Below, piece by piece: positions 10,717 to 21,300 of a DNA stretch of 64,000 bases (its first letter is position 1; every line of letters begins with the position of its first letter). Under the pieces are notes generated by a model that saw only the letters and a program-made list of their open reading frames with translations, was not told the origin of the DNA and ran no database searches. The translations under genes and the position numbers were made by a program. The DNA is from Azolla caroliniana (taxonomy: Eukaryota > Plantae > Polypodiophyta): the NCBI GenBank assembly GCA_043228905.1, contig JBHGNT010000020.1, positions 7,750,001-7,814,000 of the forward strand. Direction: 5' to 3'.

Positions 10717-13700
10717 TGTAGAAAGTAGCGTGCGGAAGCAAGTATGAAGACCGAATAGAAGACAGAAAACTCAGGTTTAATGGAGAGCTTGAGCTTACGT
10801 AGTATACTCAGGAGAGATAGAGAGAGAAAGAAGAACTATATTCAACAACAAAAGATCTCGATTCACTACTCTGTACATATGTGTGTTCCATGAACACTTT
10901 TATACAAGTCCTCGAAGGACTGACCGAAGTACTGACCGTACTTCAATGCTCATTAAGAGCTCCTACACTAACTCCCAAATATATTCCTCACGGAATATCT
11001 TTCCTAACGGCCTCCCGGTTTACGCACTCGGCCTAACCGATCGGTCCCAACTGATCCGGTCCTCGGCTTCTTCAGCCGATCCGGCCGATGTTGAGCTTGT
11101 CTCTTAACACTCCCCCTCAAGCTCAACTCGAGGCTCTTTGGAATCCTCGGGCTCACAGCTCCGGTTCCTCCTGGCTTCACGCCTCGCTCGCACTCCTCGA
11201 CCTGTTCGACTCCGCGCGCTTCGACCCTTCCGGTCGGCTTGTCTGCTCATGCGTCCCTTATTAGCTCTTCTGCTGTTGCGGTGTTGACGCTTCTCCTGTT
11301 GCCTATTCTTCCGCTTGGGCCTCGGTTGATTCAGCGTATCTGAATCAAACATCCGAATCGACTCGGCTACCTCTGATCGGTTTTTGCTCCCGTTCGAGTT
11401 TGCTGTCTCCAACTCCTCTTCGGTCTTCTCGCCCTTAGTGGCGTCATCTTCCCCTTGCGTGGTTGGCTTCGGCTCTCTCCTTCAGCTGCTCCCCTTCTGT
11501 CCGCTTTCAGACTTTTCCGCGGGTCCACCCTCGGCTTCTTCAGCCGATCCGAAGTCGAACTCAACAACCGAGTCAACAGCCGAGTCAACCGACTCGGTGT
11601 CGCGGTCTCCGCTCCTTTCCTCCTGCCTTGCTTGGTCGTTCGGGACTATTCTCCCCCTCAAGTTTGGCACGTCGAGGTGACGCAATCCGAGCGCACCTAA
11701 GAATTGCCGCAACTTGTCCAGACCAAGAGGCTTGGTGAAGATGTCGGCAATTTTCCGATCCGTCGGAACGTACTAAACTTCGACTTCACCGGAAAGGACA
11801 CGCTCACGGACGAAATGGTAGTGCACCTCAATGTGCTTAGTCCGTGTGTGGAAAACGGGGTTTTTCGCGAGCTGGATGCTGCTGAGGTTGTCGCAGTAGA
11901 TCGTCGTCGGATCTGACACCTCCTCTTGCAGGTCCTTAAGTAGCCGCTTCAACCATATGGCTTCGCATGTCGTGACAGCCGCTCCTCGGTACTCAGCTTC
12001 GGTGCTTGATAGTGCAACTGTCGGCTGCTTCTTACTGCTCCACCCGATCGCGGCACTCCCGAGGGAGAATGCGTATCCGGATGTGGATCGGTGATCGGCG
12101 GCGTTGCCAGCCCAATCAGCATCGGTGTAGCCGACTAATTGGACGGCTGCACTGGTCTGATATACCAGTCCCCGGTCCTTAGTGCCGTTGACATACCGAA
12201 GTATGCGTTGTGCACATTGAAGGTGCACCTCAGTAGGTCGCGGCATGAACTGACTGATCACTCCGGCCGCATAAATGAGGTCGGGTCGAGTGATGGTCAA
12301 GTATATGGGGCTTCTGACAATTTGTCGGAACCTCATCGGGTCGCATACCTTTCCCGTATCGGGACGAAGCTTGACGGTTCTGTCCAGGGGAGTCAAGACG
12401 GACTTACAGTCGGCCATCCCGAGTTTGAAGAGCATACTCAGCACGTAATGACTTTGGCTGATCAATATGCCTTCGGGGGTACGGATCACATCGATCCCAA
12501 GGAAGTAATAAAGGTCCCCCAGATCCTTCATGTCGAACGATGCCGCAAGCTGGAGCTTCATGCGGTCGATTTCACCTAGGTCGGCGCCGGTGATGACCAA
12601 GTCATCAACATATAGTAAAATACTAACCGGTCCGAGTCGACCTTTTCGGATGAACAGGGAAGAGTCCGATTTTGACGTGACGAAGCCCATCCGACGCAGT
12701 TGTTGCGTGATCTTCGCGTTCCAGGCACGCGGGGCTTGCTTTAGTCCGTAAAGGGACTTCTTCAGTCGGCATACTGCCGAGGAGTTCGTTCCGGAGTGAA
12801 AACCGGGGGGCTGTACCATGTACACCTGTTCCTCAAGGTCACCTCGTAGGAACACATTCTTTACATCCATCTGATGTAAGTGCCACCTCTCGGCCGCATC
12901 TACTGCGAGCAAAACACGGATGGTCGTCATTTTCGCGACCGGCGCAAACGTCTCATCGTAGTCCATGCCGTGTTTCTGCGCGTAGCCCTTTGCCACTAGC
13001 CGAGCCTTGTACTGGTTGACCGAGCCATCGGTGTTGTACTTGACCTTGTACACCCACCTACACCCGATCGGTTTAACCCCTTTTGGTGCGTCAACTAGGT
13101 CCCAGGTCTCGTTCTCCGCCAATGCATGCATCTCTTGCTCCATCACGGCATGCCAATTCGCGTCTTTAGCCGCTTCTACGTAGCTCTCCGGCTCACGCAC
13201 TTTCACTACACGGGTCATGTACGTATAATGATGCGCCATGTACTCGTTGTATCCGAACCTCAAAACAGGATTCTTCTGGCGAGTAGACCGGCATAATCTC
13301 ACATTAGTCGATGTCGAGGCCTTTTCGGTCGACGCGGTCTTCACCTTTAAAGACCCGTCACCGGTTCCCTCGGAGTCTGACTCGCGTTGGTCTGACTCGT
13401 TCTTATCCGTGCCGGAATCCGACACCTTCTTCTTCCCTTTCTGTTTGTGCGTAAGCCGTCTCCTTGGAATGCACGACCGAGTTTCCACTACTCGCCGGCT
13501 CTTCATTGGACTGGTTGTACCGACTCAGTCGTCCAATTGGTCCACTTAAACGGAGTGAAATCGGACTCTCTTCGCGGGTCTCGATTTTGGGCTCATCCGG
13601 AGGCATCTCGGCCTCGCTGACCTCATCGTCAAAGCTTGGATTGGAGTCGGGGTTCGGAGTCGGGGGCTGGTACCAGGACGCAGACTCGTCAAACACAACG

Positions 13701-16400
13701 TCGCGGCTAACACGCGCTTGTTTGGTGCGAGCGTTGTAGCACTTATAACCCTTCTGCTCGTCCGAGTAACCGACCAAGATGCACTTCTCGGCCTTTGCGT
13801 CCAGCTTCCTCCTTTTCTCCTTCGGTAGATGCACATACGCAATGCTACTGAACACCCTCAAGTGTCGCAAGTTCGGCTTTGTTCCGAAATATAGCTTGTG
13901 CGCCGACACTTTGTCTCCGATCCGGTTCTGGATATATACCGCGGTCCTTACTGCCTCGGCCTAGTAGAACTTGGGCAAGCTCTTCTCCTCCAGCATTGCC
14001 CGTGCCGCTTCCACAACTGACCGATTCTTCCTCTCGGCCACACCGTTCTACTCCAGCGTGTATCTACAACTGAATTTGCACCGAATTCCCATTTGTTGTA
14101 GATAACCGTTGAATTGACCCAAAAAGTACTCTTTCCCGCCATCCGACCGCAGGCACTTGATCTTTCGTCCCGTTTCCGTTTCCACGAACCCTTTGAGGTC
14201 ACGAAAACAGTCGAAGACTTCGCTCTTCCTCTCAATGAGGTAGATCCACGTGTGCCGCATGTGGTCGTCGATGAAGGAAACGAAATATCGGCTCCCGCCA
14301 AGACTAACGTTTTGTGCCGGCCCCCATACATCGGAGTGTATAAGGTCGACCTTGTTCCTGCTCCGGTTTCGCTCGTTGGGGAAAGGAAGTCGGTGGTTCT
14401 TCCTAAGCTGGCAGGCTTCACAAATTTGTGCCTTTCGGCCACTAAATTTGGGCAATCTGAACACTACCTGTTTCGATTGTAGATCTTGAAGCCGCTGGTA
14501 GTTGACGTGGCCTATCTGCTTGTGCCACAAGTCGATGTCCGACTCGGATGTTTGTCACTTCGTGAACATTGCGGTGCCGCCATCAGTGGAGTCGAGGATG
14601 AACATCCTCCCGTCTCTGCGCCCTTGCGCAATCACACGACCTTCTTCCTCAATGAAGCACCCGAGGTGTGTAAACCGAACCTCCATCCCTTGGTCGACGA
14701 TCTGTCCGACCGAGACCAAGTTCTTCGTGATTGTCAGAACATGCAACACGTTCATGAGTTTCCCTTTCTGCCCGACATGGCTAAGGGGAACTTCTCCGAC
14801 ATTCGCGATCGGATGCGGAGTGTCGTTTCCAGTTGAGACTACTCCCGGTTGTATCGGTTTTTCAAGGTACGAGAACCACTCCTTATGGCTCGTCATGTGG
14901 TTTGACGTGCCGGAGTCTACGTACCACACCTCGTCCGATCTCGGGGTGGTGCATTTCATTGAGTTTTCTTCGTGTCTCGTCACGAAGGTAGACCCTTCTC
15001 TGGCTCTCCCAGTGTCTTCGGCGTAGTGCGATCGCTGACCATTTCCCTTGTCGGTATGTCCGGAGCCGTTTCTGGAACCGGTTCTCTCCGAATCGGCGTG
15101 CTTCTTCCAGCACTCACTTTCCCTGTGGCCTTTCTTGCCACAGTACCAACACTCCGCGATGGCCTTCCCTTGCCGGTTCTCATCGCTTCGACTCCCCCTG
15201 TTTCCGGAGGGTCTGGAGTTGTTGTCGGCATCACTTCGGTGCCTTTTTCCTTGATCTCGTCGGCCGCTTCCATTGCGTACCAACTCGCCCCGTCCGCCAC
15301 GACCACGGGGCCTTTCTCCCTCCGTGTACAACATCTTGCTGTCGATGTGCGTGCTCGTCGACGCACCCGCGTGGTTCTCCTCTACTAGGAGCATCGACTG
15401 TAAGTCGAAAAAGGACGGCGTATTCTCTCGGGTACACACTGCCGTTCGGAACGCTCCAAACTTCGACGCCAAACCTCCGAGACAGATCTGGACCATCTCG
15501 CTCTCCTCGATGTTCACCTCTATGGAGCCGAGGGAGTCGCAGATATCCTTGATCTTCGAGGTATAGTCCGCCACCGACAGGTCGCATTGTCGTAGGTTGC
15601 TCAACTCCTGTCGGAGCTGAAGCTTCCTGGCTGTGGTGCTCGCGGCGAAAATCTTCTTCAGATTTTCCCACGCACCCTTCGGCGTCTTTGCATCCCGGAC
15701 ATAGCTCAATAGTTGTTCGCCTACACAAAACGCGAAGCGGTATAATACCCTGCTCGCCGATTGCTCCTACGACGGGAAGTCTCTGTGTGTCGATTCGGGT
15801 GCCGCGTCATTAGCTCCTTCGACATAACTGCAGTAGCCGTGCCTGAGCAGGTACTGGTGCATCTTGTAGGACCAAGACGCATAGTTCGTTCTGTCGAGCT
15901 TCTCTGTTGGAAGCGAGCTCGCCATGCCTCTATCCATCGTTCTTCTTGTTCTTCTTCGTCACTGTGTCGGCTGCAAAGAGGTTTTCAACCTTCGCGCTCT
16001 GATACCATGTAGAAAGTAGCGTGCGGAAGCAAGTATGAAGACCTAACAGAAGACAGAAAACTCAGGTTTAATGGAGAGCTTGAGCTTACGCAGTATACTC
16101 GGGAGAGACAGAGAGAGAAAGAAGAACTATATTCAACAACAAAAGATCTCGATTCACTACTCTATACATATGTGTGTTCCATGAACACTTTTATACAAGT
16201 CCTCGAAGGACTGACCGAAGTACTGACCGTACTTCAATGCTCATTGAGAGCTCCTACACTAACTCCCAAATATATTCCTCACGGAATATCTTTCCTAACG
16301 GCCTCCCGGTTTACGCACTCGGCCTAACCGATCAGTCCCAACCGATCCGGTCCTCGGCTTCTTCAACCGATCCGGCCGATGTTGAGCTTGTCTCTCAACA
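10717..16400 (-). mobile_element. Full-length Ty1/copia element B
   Basis: 393-bp LTRs 10717-11109 and 16008-16400 (11 differences counted by eye); TSD aagct (10712-10716, 16401-16405); PBS tggtatcagagc 16007-15996; PPT from 11110. Confidence 0.97.
11104..15937 (-). pseudogene. Copia B gag-pol (Gag, zinc knuckle, PR, INT, RT, RNase H, C-terminal extension)
   Basis: CWYCGKKGHRESEC, WYVDSG, HSDVWGP, RSDGGKEY, YVDDL, YTDADWAG, ADIFTK; several nonsense codons and a frameshift. Confidence 0.95.
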
Positions 16401-17234
16401 AAGCTCTTGTTGCGCAACCTATTCCAGATAATGCTTGATTAGCACATTTTACCCTTAAAGTTATTTATAACACAATCACATACCAACAAAACAATAGTTA
16501 CCTGATTCTTATTTCTAATCGTTCTAACAACGGAAGTAACTTTGCTCTCCATTGCAGAAGCCATTGTGGGTTTCTCTAAATCGGTCTTAAAAATTGCCAA
16601 TGTCTCACAGGCTTCATGGACATTTTTTAGCATATAGCTAACCAATGTCTCACCTATATCATTGACATTGGCTTTCCTTGGGTGTCGGTGTGGTGTATGC
16701 CCCCGGTTTTGCTGGGAGTCGGCAGTTGCATCAACAGCTGCCATGCTCCAAAATCTGTCTATTTTTTGTGCCAAGGTCCCCATCTTTCGACATCTTTTAC
16801 CGATGCCTCACCATAGACTGCCCAAGCTACCCTATACATTTCAGGGTCTCTGGATTCCTTCGTTGTTTTGCAGTACTCATATGCAAATGCTCTAGCAAAT
16901 GAAACTGATAACTCATTGTTGGCTGAGATCTCCTGATGAACTTTCTAGTGCAGCCTCATGCAGTCATCGTACAAGTCGGCTTGTACATGCTTCAGCTTGA
17001 CCTTGCCTTCTACTCTAGGCACTGTATATACTGTCATCCAGTCTACATCACTAATCAATTTATCACTTAGGACAGCAGGGTCAACACCCTCGAGTGACAA
17101 TCCATAGGTGTTGTGGAAGTCCTCCTTTGTCTCGCAAAATTTTGCGAAGTTTAGCACTTTCGGATACGGAGGAACGAGCCATCTTAAATATCATTTCAGA
17201 AATCAGAAATAGTGCAAAATCAGAATATGTCAGA

Positions 17235-17690
17235 ATTAGAAACCCCAATCAACAACAACAGAAATAGTGCAAAATCTTTAACTTAGCAAATCTGAAACCC
17301 TAATCATAATTTGTATTCAGAAATTTGAAATTAAAAAACCCTAATCAAAATCTGTAATCAGAAGTTTGAAATCAGAAACCCTAATCAAAATCTGTAATCA
17401 GAAGTTTGTAACCAGAAACCCTATTAAGAAATTCTAATAAAAAATTTATAATCAAAAACCCTATTTAGAAATTCTAATCAGAAATTCAAATCTGTAATCA
17501 AAATTTGTAACCAAAAACCCTATTCAGAAATTCTAATTAGAAATTTATAATCAAAAACCCTAATAAGAAATTTCAATCAGAAACCCTAATCAGAAATTTC
17601 AATCACAAACCCTAATCAGAAATTCTAATAAGAAATTTATAAACAAAAACCCTAATCGGAAATTTCAATCAGAAACCCCAATCATCACTA
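17235..17690. repeat. Degenerate AAACCCTAAT/AGAAATT repeat (telo-box-like) in an intron of the accessory gene
   Basis: About a dozen aaaccctaat-like motifs interleaved with cagaaatt. Confidence 0.8.
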
Positions 17691-18333
17691 AAGACAAGAT
17701 TAAACACAAAAAAGTAATATAAACACACCTGCTGCTACTCCCTGATCTGGGAGACATCCTTGTATGGGACTCCAAGGACTTCGCCCCATTCGATTTTGGG
17801 GAAATATGAATCGACACCAAAGTTTAGACAATAGTCAAAAAGAAAAAACAAATGTTTGGGGTTTCTATAACTGAAACATACCTGGACGATGATTGAGTAG
17901 GTTCTGTGTTGTAGCTCTCAATCTGCAATGTCGATTTTCTACTGCTGCGGGAGCTATGTCTGCGTTCGTGCTCTGAGTACTCCATCTGCATTCAAAATCA
18001 AACTTAGGCTAAACAGGAAATTGATGACATTGAAGTCGACCTTAGATGATGGTGTTATTCCCCAAGCTCCACTACGTCTGAAACAGAAGTTCAAATATTT
18101 GAGTTTTTTCATAAATTAGTTTTTCAAATATTTGATTTTCCCACAAAAAAGACTAGCTAAACAAATAGCTAATTAGCTATGGCCATTTTAGTAGCTAATT
18201 AGCTAAAATAGTGTTTCCACTCGCATGCTTTTACCCTTCACGCTTCCTACGTGAACCGTTACATGCATTATGATCTTATATTATTTCCTATTCCTACGCT
18301 CTTGTCCGTCGGTTACTATTCCGGCAGACAACA

Positions 18334-21300
18334 GATCATCTATAGACGCTTGGGCCGTCTTAAAGAAGTCAAGAGAGACATCCTCATCTTCAAACACCAT
18401 GTCGCTTTCATCCTCAAATCTTGCCCTCGATAGCATATCTGCCATGGCATTGTTCTTCCCTGAAATGTGGTGAATCTCTGGGTTCATTGATTTGATGTAA
18501 GCAATCCACCTTAGCATAGCTAGGTCAGGTGTTGCACATCCCGAAACCATCCCTAGGATTGGAAGGCAATCCGTCTCTATTACCACCTCTGACCCGATTA
18601 GGTAATCTTTATCCGCCTTTACTGCGGACACAATACCGCAAAGCTCACGTTTTACTTGGGCGTATCCTCGTTGTCGCTCGCTTAAGACCTTGGCTCCGAA
18701 CCGGATGGTGTAGCGTGTACCATCCTCTCCTTCTTGGTTTATGACCCATCTGATCCCTGTTGGACTCGTATCTACCATCACGTAGATGGGCACCCCTTGT
18801 ATACGGCTTTTCGTAAAGCTGGTGCTGCTACCAACATTCCTTTGAGCCTCTTCATTGCCTCTGTGTGCTCTTCCTCCCACTTGAACTTCCGCCCCTTCTT
18901 GAGTAGCCCATACAAGGGCTCGGCTACGTGAGCATAGTGCGGGATCCAGAGGTGGTAGAATGCACAGGCACCAAGAAATCGCCTCACCTCTGTTTGTGAT
19001 TTACATTTTTCCCTCATGTCTGTGATGGCGTCCACCTTTGCCGGGGACGGCTTCCGTCCGTACGCCTCGCACAAGTGTCCCACCACAAGGATCTCTGGTT
19101 GGCCGAATGCTGATTTCTCACCCGAGAAGGTCAAGCGTGCATCTTTGAGTCTTTGTAGAACCTTCTCGCAATCGGAGATGTGATATGCCACAAAACGTCT
19201 GCACCCATCCTCGTCCAAGGTTTCATCTCTCTCCGCTTCAGAGCACCCTTTTATGGGGACGTCATCGAGGAACGACATGGTGATGTTGGGGATGCAATCT
19301 CTCAATACCTTGTTCATTGCACTTACCATGTGGGCTACAGAGTTAGTGCCTCCTTGTGGCAAGGTACACATTCGCACTAGGCCGATAGGGGTCCGCATCG
19401 TTGTGATGTCCCTACTCTCCACAGCTAGTTGGAATTGATCATACCCCGAGTATAGATCACCAATCGAATAAATAGACCTTCCAGCGAAGGCCTCGGCGAA
19501 TTCGTCAACGCTCGGTCCGACCCCGACATTTCGAATTGTCAGTTGATTAACAGGTTGTAGGTCCTGGATGAAACGTAATGTGCCGTTCTTCTTTGGCATA
19601 GTGAACCACCGATTCGAGTATGGGGCGCTTGATAGCTCTTGTACTTTGTTTGCACCTTGACTTTCCTCGCTTCCTCAATCAACCGCCCAAGCTCTTCGAT
19701 GGCGGTGTACATGTCAACTGAGTTGACTGGAATTACCTTGTCTTCATTGAGGCCCGAAACGACTACCCTCTCCATCTCTCTGAGAGTGTCTTCGAACGAG
19801 ACTACCTCCATGGCACCGCTTATGGTGTCATCTTCCCCCGATAAATTACATTGTTTGAGATACCTTTCGTATCTCTTGGCCCTAGACTTATCTCTATCAC
19901 TTAAACTAGTAATTTTACAAGCTCCATTTTCGGAGAACCAAAATTGTTTCCTATTACATTTAATAGTTTTACAAGGGTTTAGGGTCTTAGTTTGCCTCGG
20001 GCTATTGCGGCCCCACTCTTTAATAGCCTGAATCAAAAATCCTCTCGGCTATCCCCTTTGAGGGAGGCTCGATTGCGCTCATGGTTGGGCCTCACCGAAA
20101 GGAATTGGACCGAATGCTTCCCATATTGGCTCTTGACCCTCGCATATGCCGACCCGTTCTCTAGCACCTTCGTCTCCATGCGAGCCACCGTTATGTATGG
20201 TTCACCCAAGATGATGGGGTGCGAGGACGTCTCTTGAACAAAGAAATGTTGATCTATTTCTACATCCCCCACCTTGACACGTACATTCGTGCAAGCCCCC
20301 GTATAGCTCCTCGGTTGCTCAAATCGCCGCTCTAATCTTCCACCCGTGCTTCGTGTTGATCGGACACTTTCCCTTTTTATAAAAGTCCATGGACATAAGG
20401 TTGATCTCAGAGCCATGGTCGATCAATGCTACAACCGGCTCTTTTACATCTCCGACCCGTACCGGTGTCTCCGTTGTCGCTCTCGTCCAATGCGGCCTCG
20501 TGTAGTGACTGTCCGCATAGTCTTCGTCTTCCTCGGGAACCTCAGTTGACAATGCATTTACAATCGCGGGCTTTGCCACTTCTTGCTCCGTCGAGAGCCG
20601 CTTCCTCTTCATTAGGTCGATGATGACCTCGTGGAATTCTTTCTTGGCAATTCCGAGGACCTCTCACAGAGTAAACTCTACGCGACTATCGAGGATCCTC
20701 TCCTCCACTACCTTCTTCAAGTCCGTTGCTTGTTCGATCTCCGAGCAAAGCTTGAAGTTGGGGGGGTTCCCCTTCTCTTTCCATCTTTCATCGCGTGCTT
20801 GAGTCTGGTTCGGCTCTTCCCTTCTTCGTGCACCTCGAGCGTCATATTTCCTTGATGGACCGGCTCCCTCGTCATTTCCTACCTTCTTCTCTTCTACCAT
20901 TACTTTGTAGTCTTGGCAAGCGGCTTCCACTAAGCGTGTCTTTTCTTCCACCGGATCCTTCCACCCAGTTGCTTCTTGGACCCTTCTTTCCGCTTTGTCC
21001 GCTTCTTCTCTTTTGAACTTCCCCTTAGAGAGGCTTCCAAGGATTGACAGCCAAAAGTCAAACTCTTTCTCCTCTTGCCTCCTCACCTCTTTCCCCACTC
21101 AGATCCCAGCCAACGCCGAGTAGTGGACGGCTTCAACATGTCGTGCTTTGGCCTCCTCCATTAGCCTTCTCATGCCCCCTCGGCCTTGATTCAATCCCAA
21201 GGGGTGCCTTGTCTCCATCGAATAGACCCTATTGTTCCAAAGATAGACAATATCCTTTCTTAGAGCCTCTTGGAAGTCTCCACACTCCCTTCGTAGGTGG

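Larger units (their letters stand above)
8433..17991 (-). pseudogene. Multi-exon accessory gene of the Sola2 element encoding a RING-H2-like finger; disrupted by copia B
   Basis: Phase-consistent GT..AG introns 17728-17183, 16501-16419 and 10320-8969; exon sequence VAQQELELEG rejoins across the copia TSD; RING-H2 pattern CIAC..PCNHTYHLLC..CLGDC in 10301-10663; a few stops and one frameshift; first intron acceptor unclear. Confidence 0.7.
2545..18236 (+). mobile_element. Sola2-type DDD DNA transposon, ~10.0 kb excluding the nested copia
   Basis: TIRs gggtgaaagcatgagagtggaaaca (2545-2569) and tgtttccactcgcatgcttttaccc (18212-18236), 23/25 match; 4-bp TSD ttca (2541-2544, 18237-18240); GGG termini; Sola2-type transposase inside. 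Confidence 0.85.
2198..18333 (-). repeat. 5' LTR of the Tat-like gypsy, split in two (2198-2544 and 18241-18333) by the Sola2 transposon
   Basis: Starts tgttacc next to the PBS; after removing 2545-18240 it continues and ends gacaaca at 18333, where another gypsy's pol resumes; ~440 bp when rejoined. Confidence 0.7.

Noticed and set aside
17235-17690. Interstitial telomere or chromosome fusion scar
   Set aside because: Motifs are dispersed single units, not (CCCTAAA)n, and lie inside a TE intron.
2541-18240. piggyBac/Kolobok/Sola3 (TTAA) or Harbinger assignment
   Set aside because: The TSD is TTCA on both sides and the transposase motifs fit Sola2; no Myb/SANT partner was recognised.
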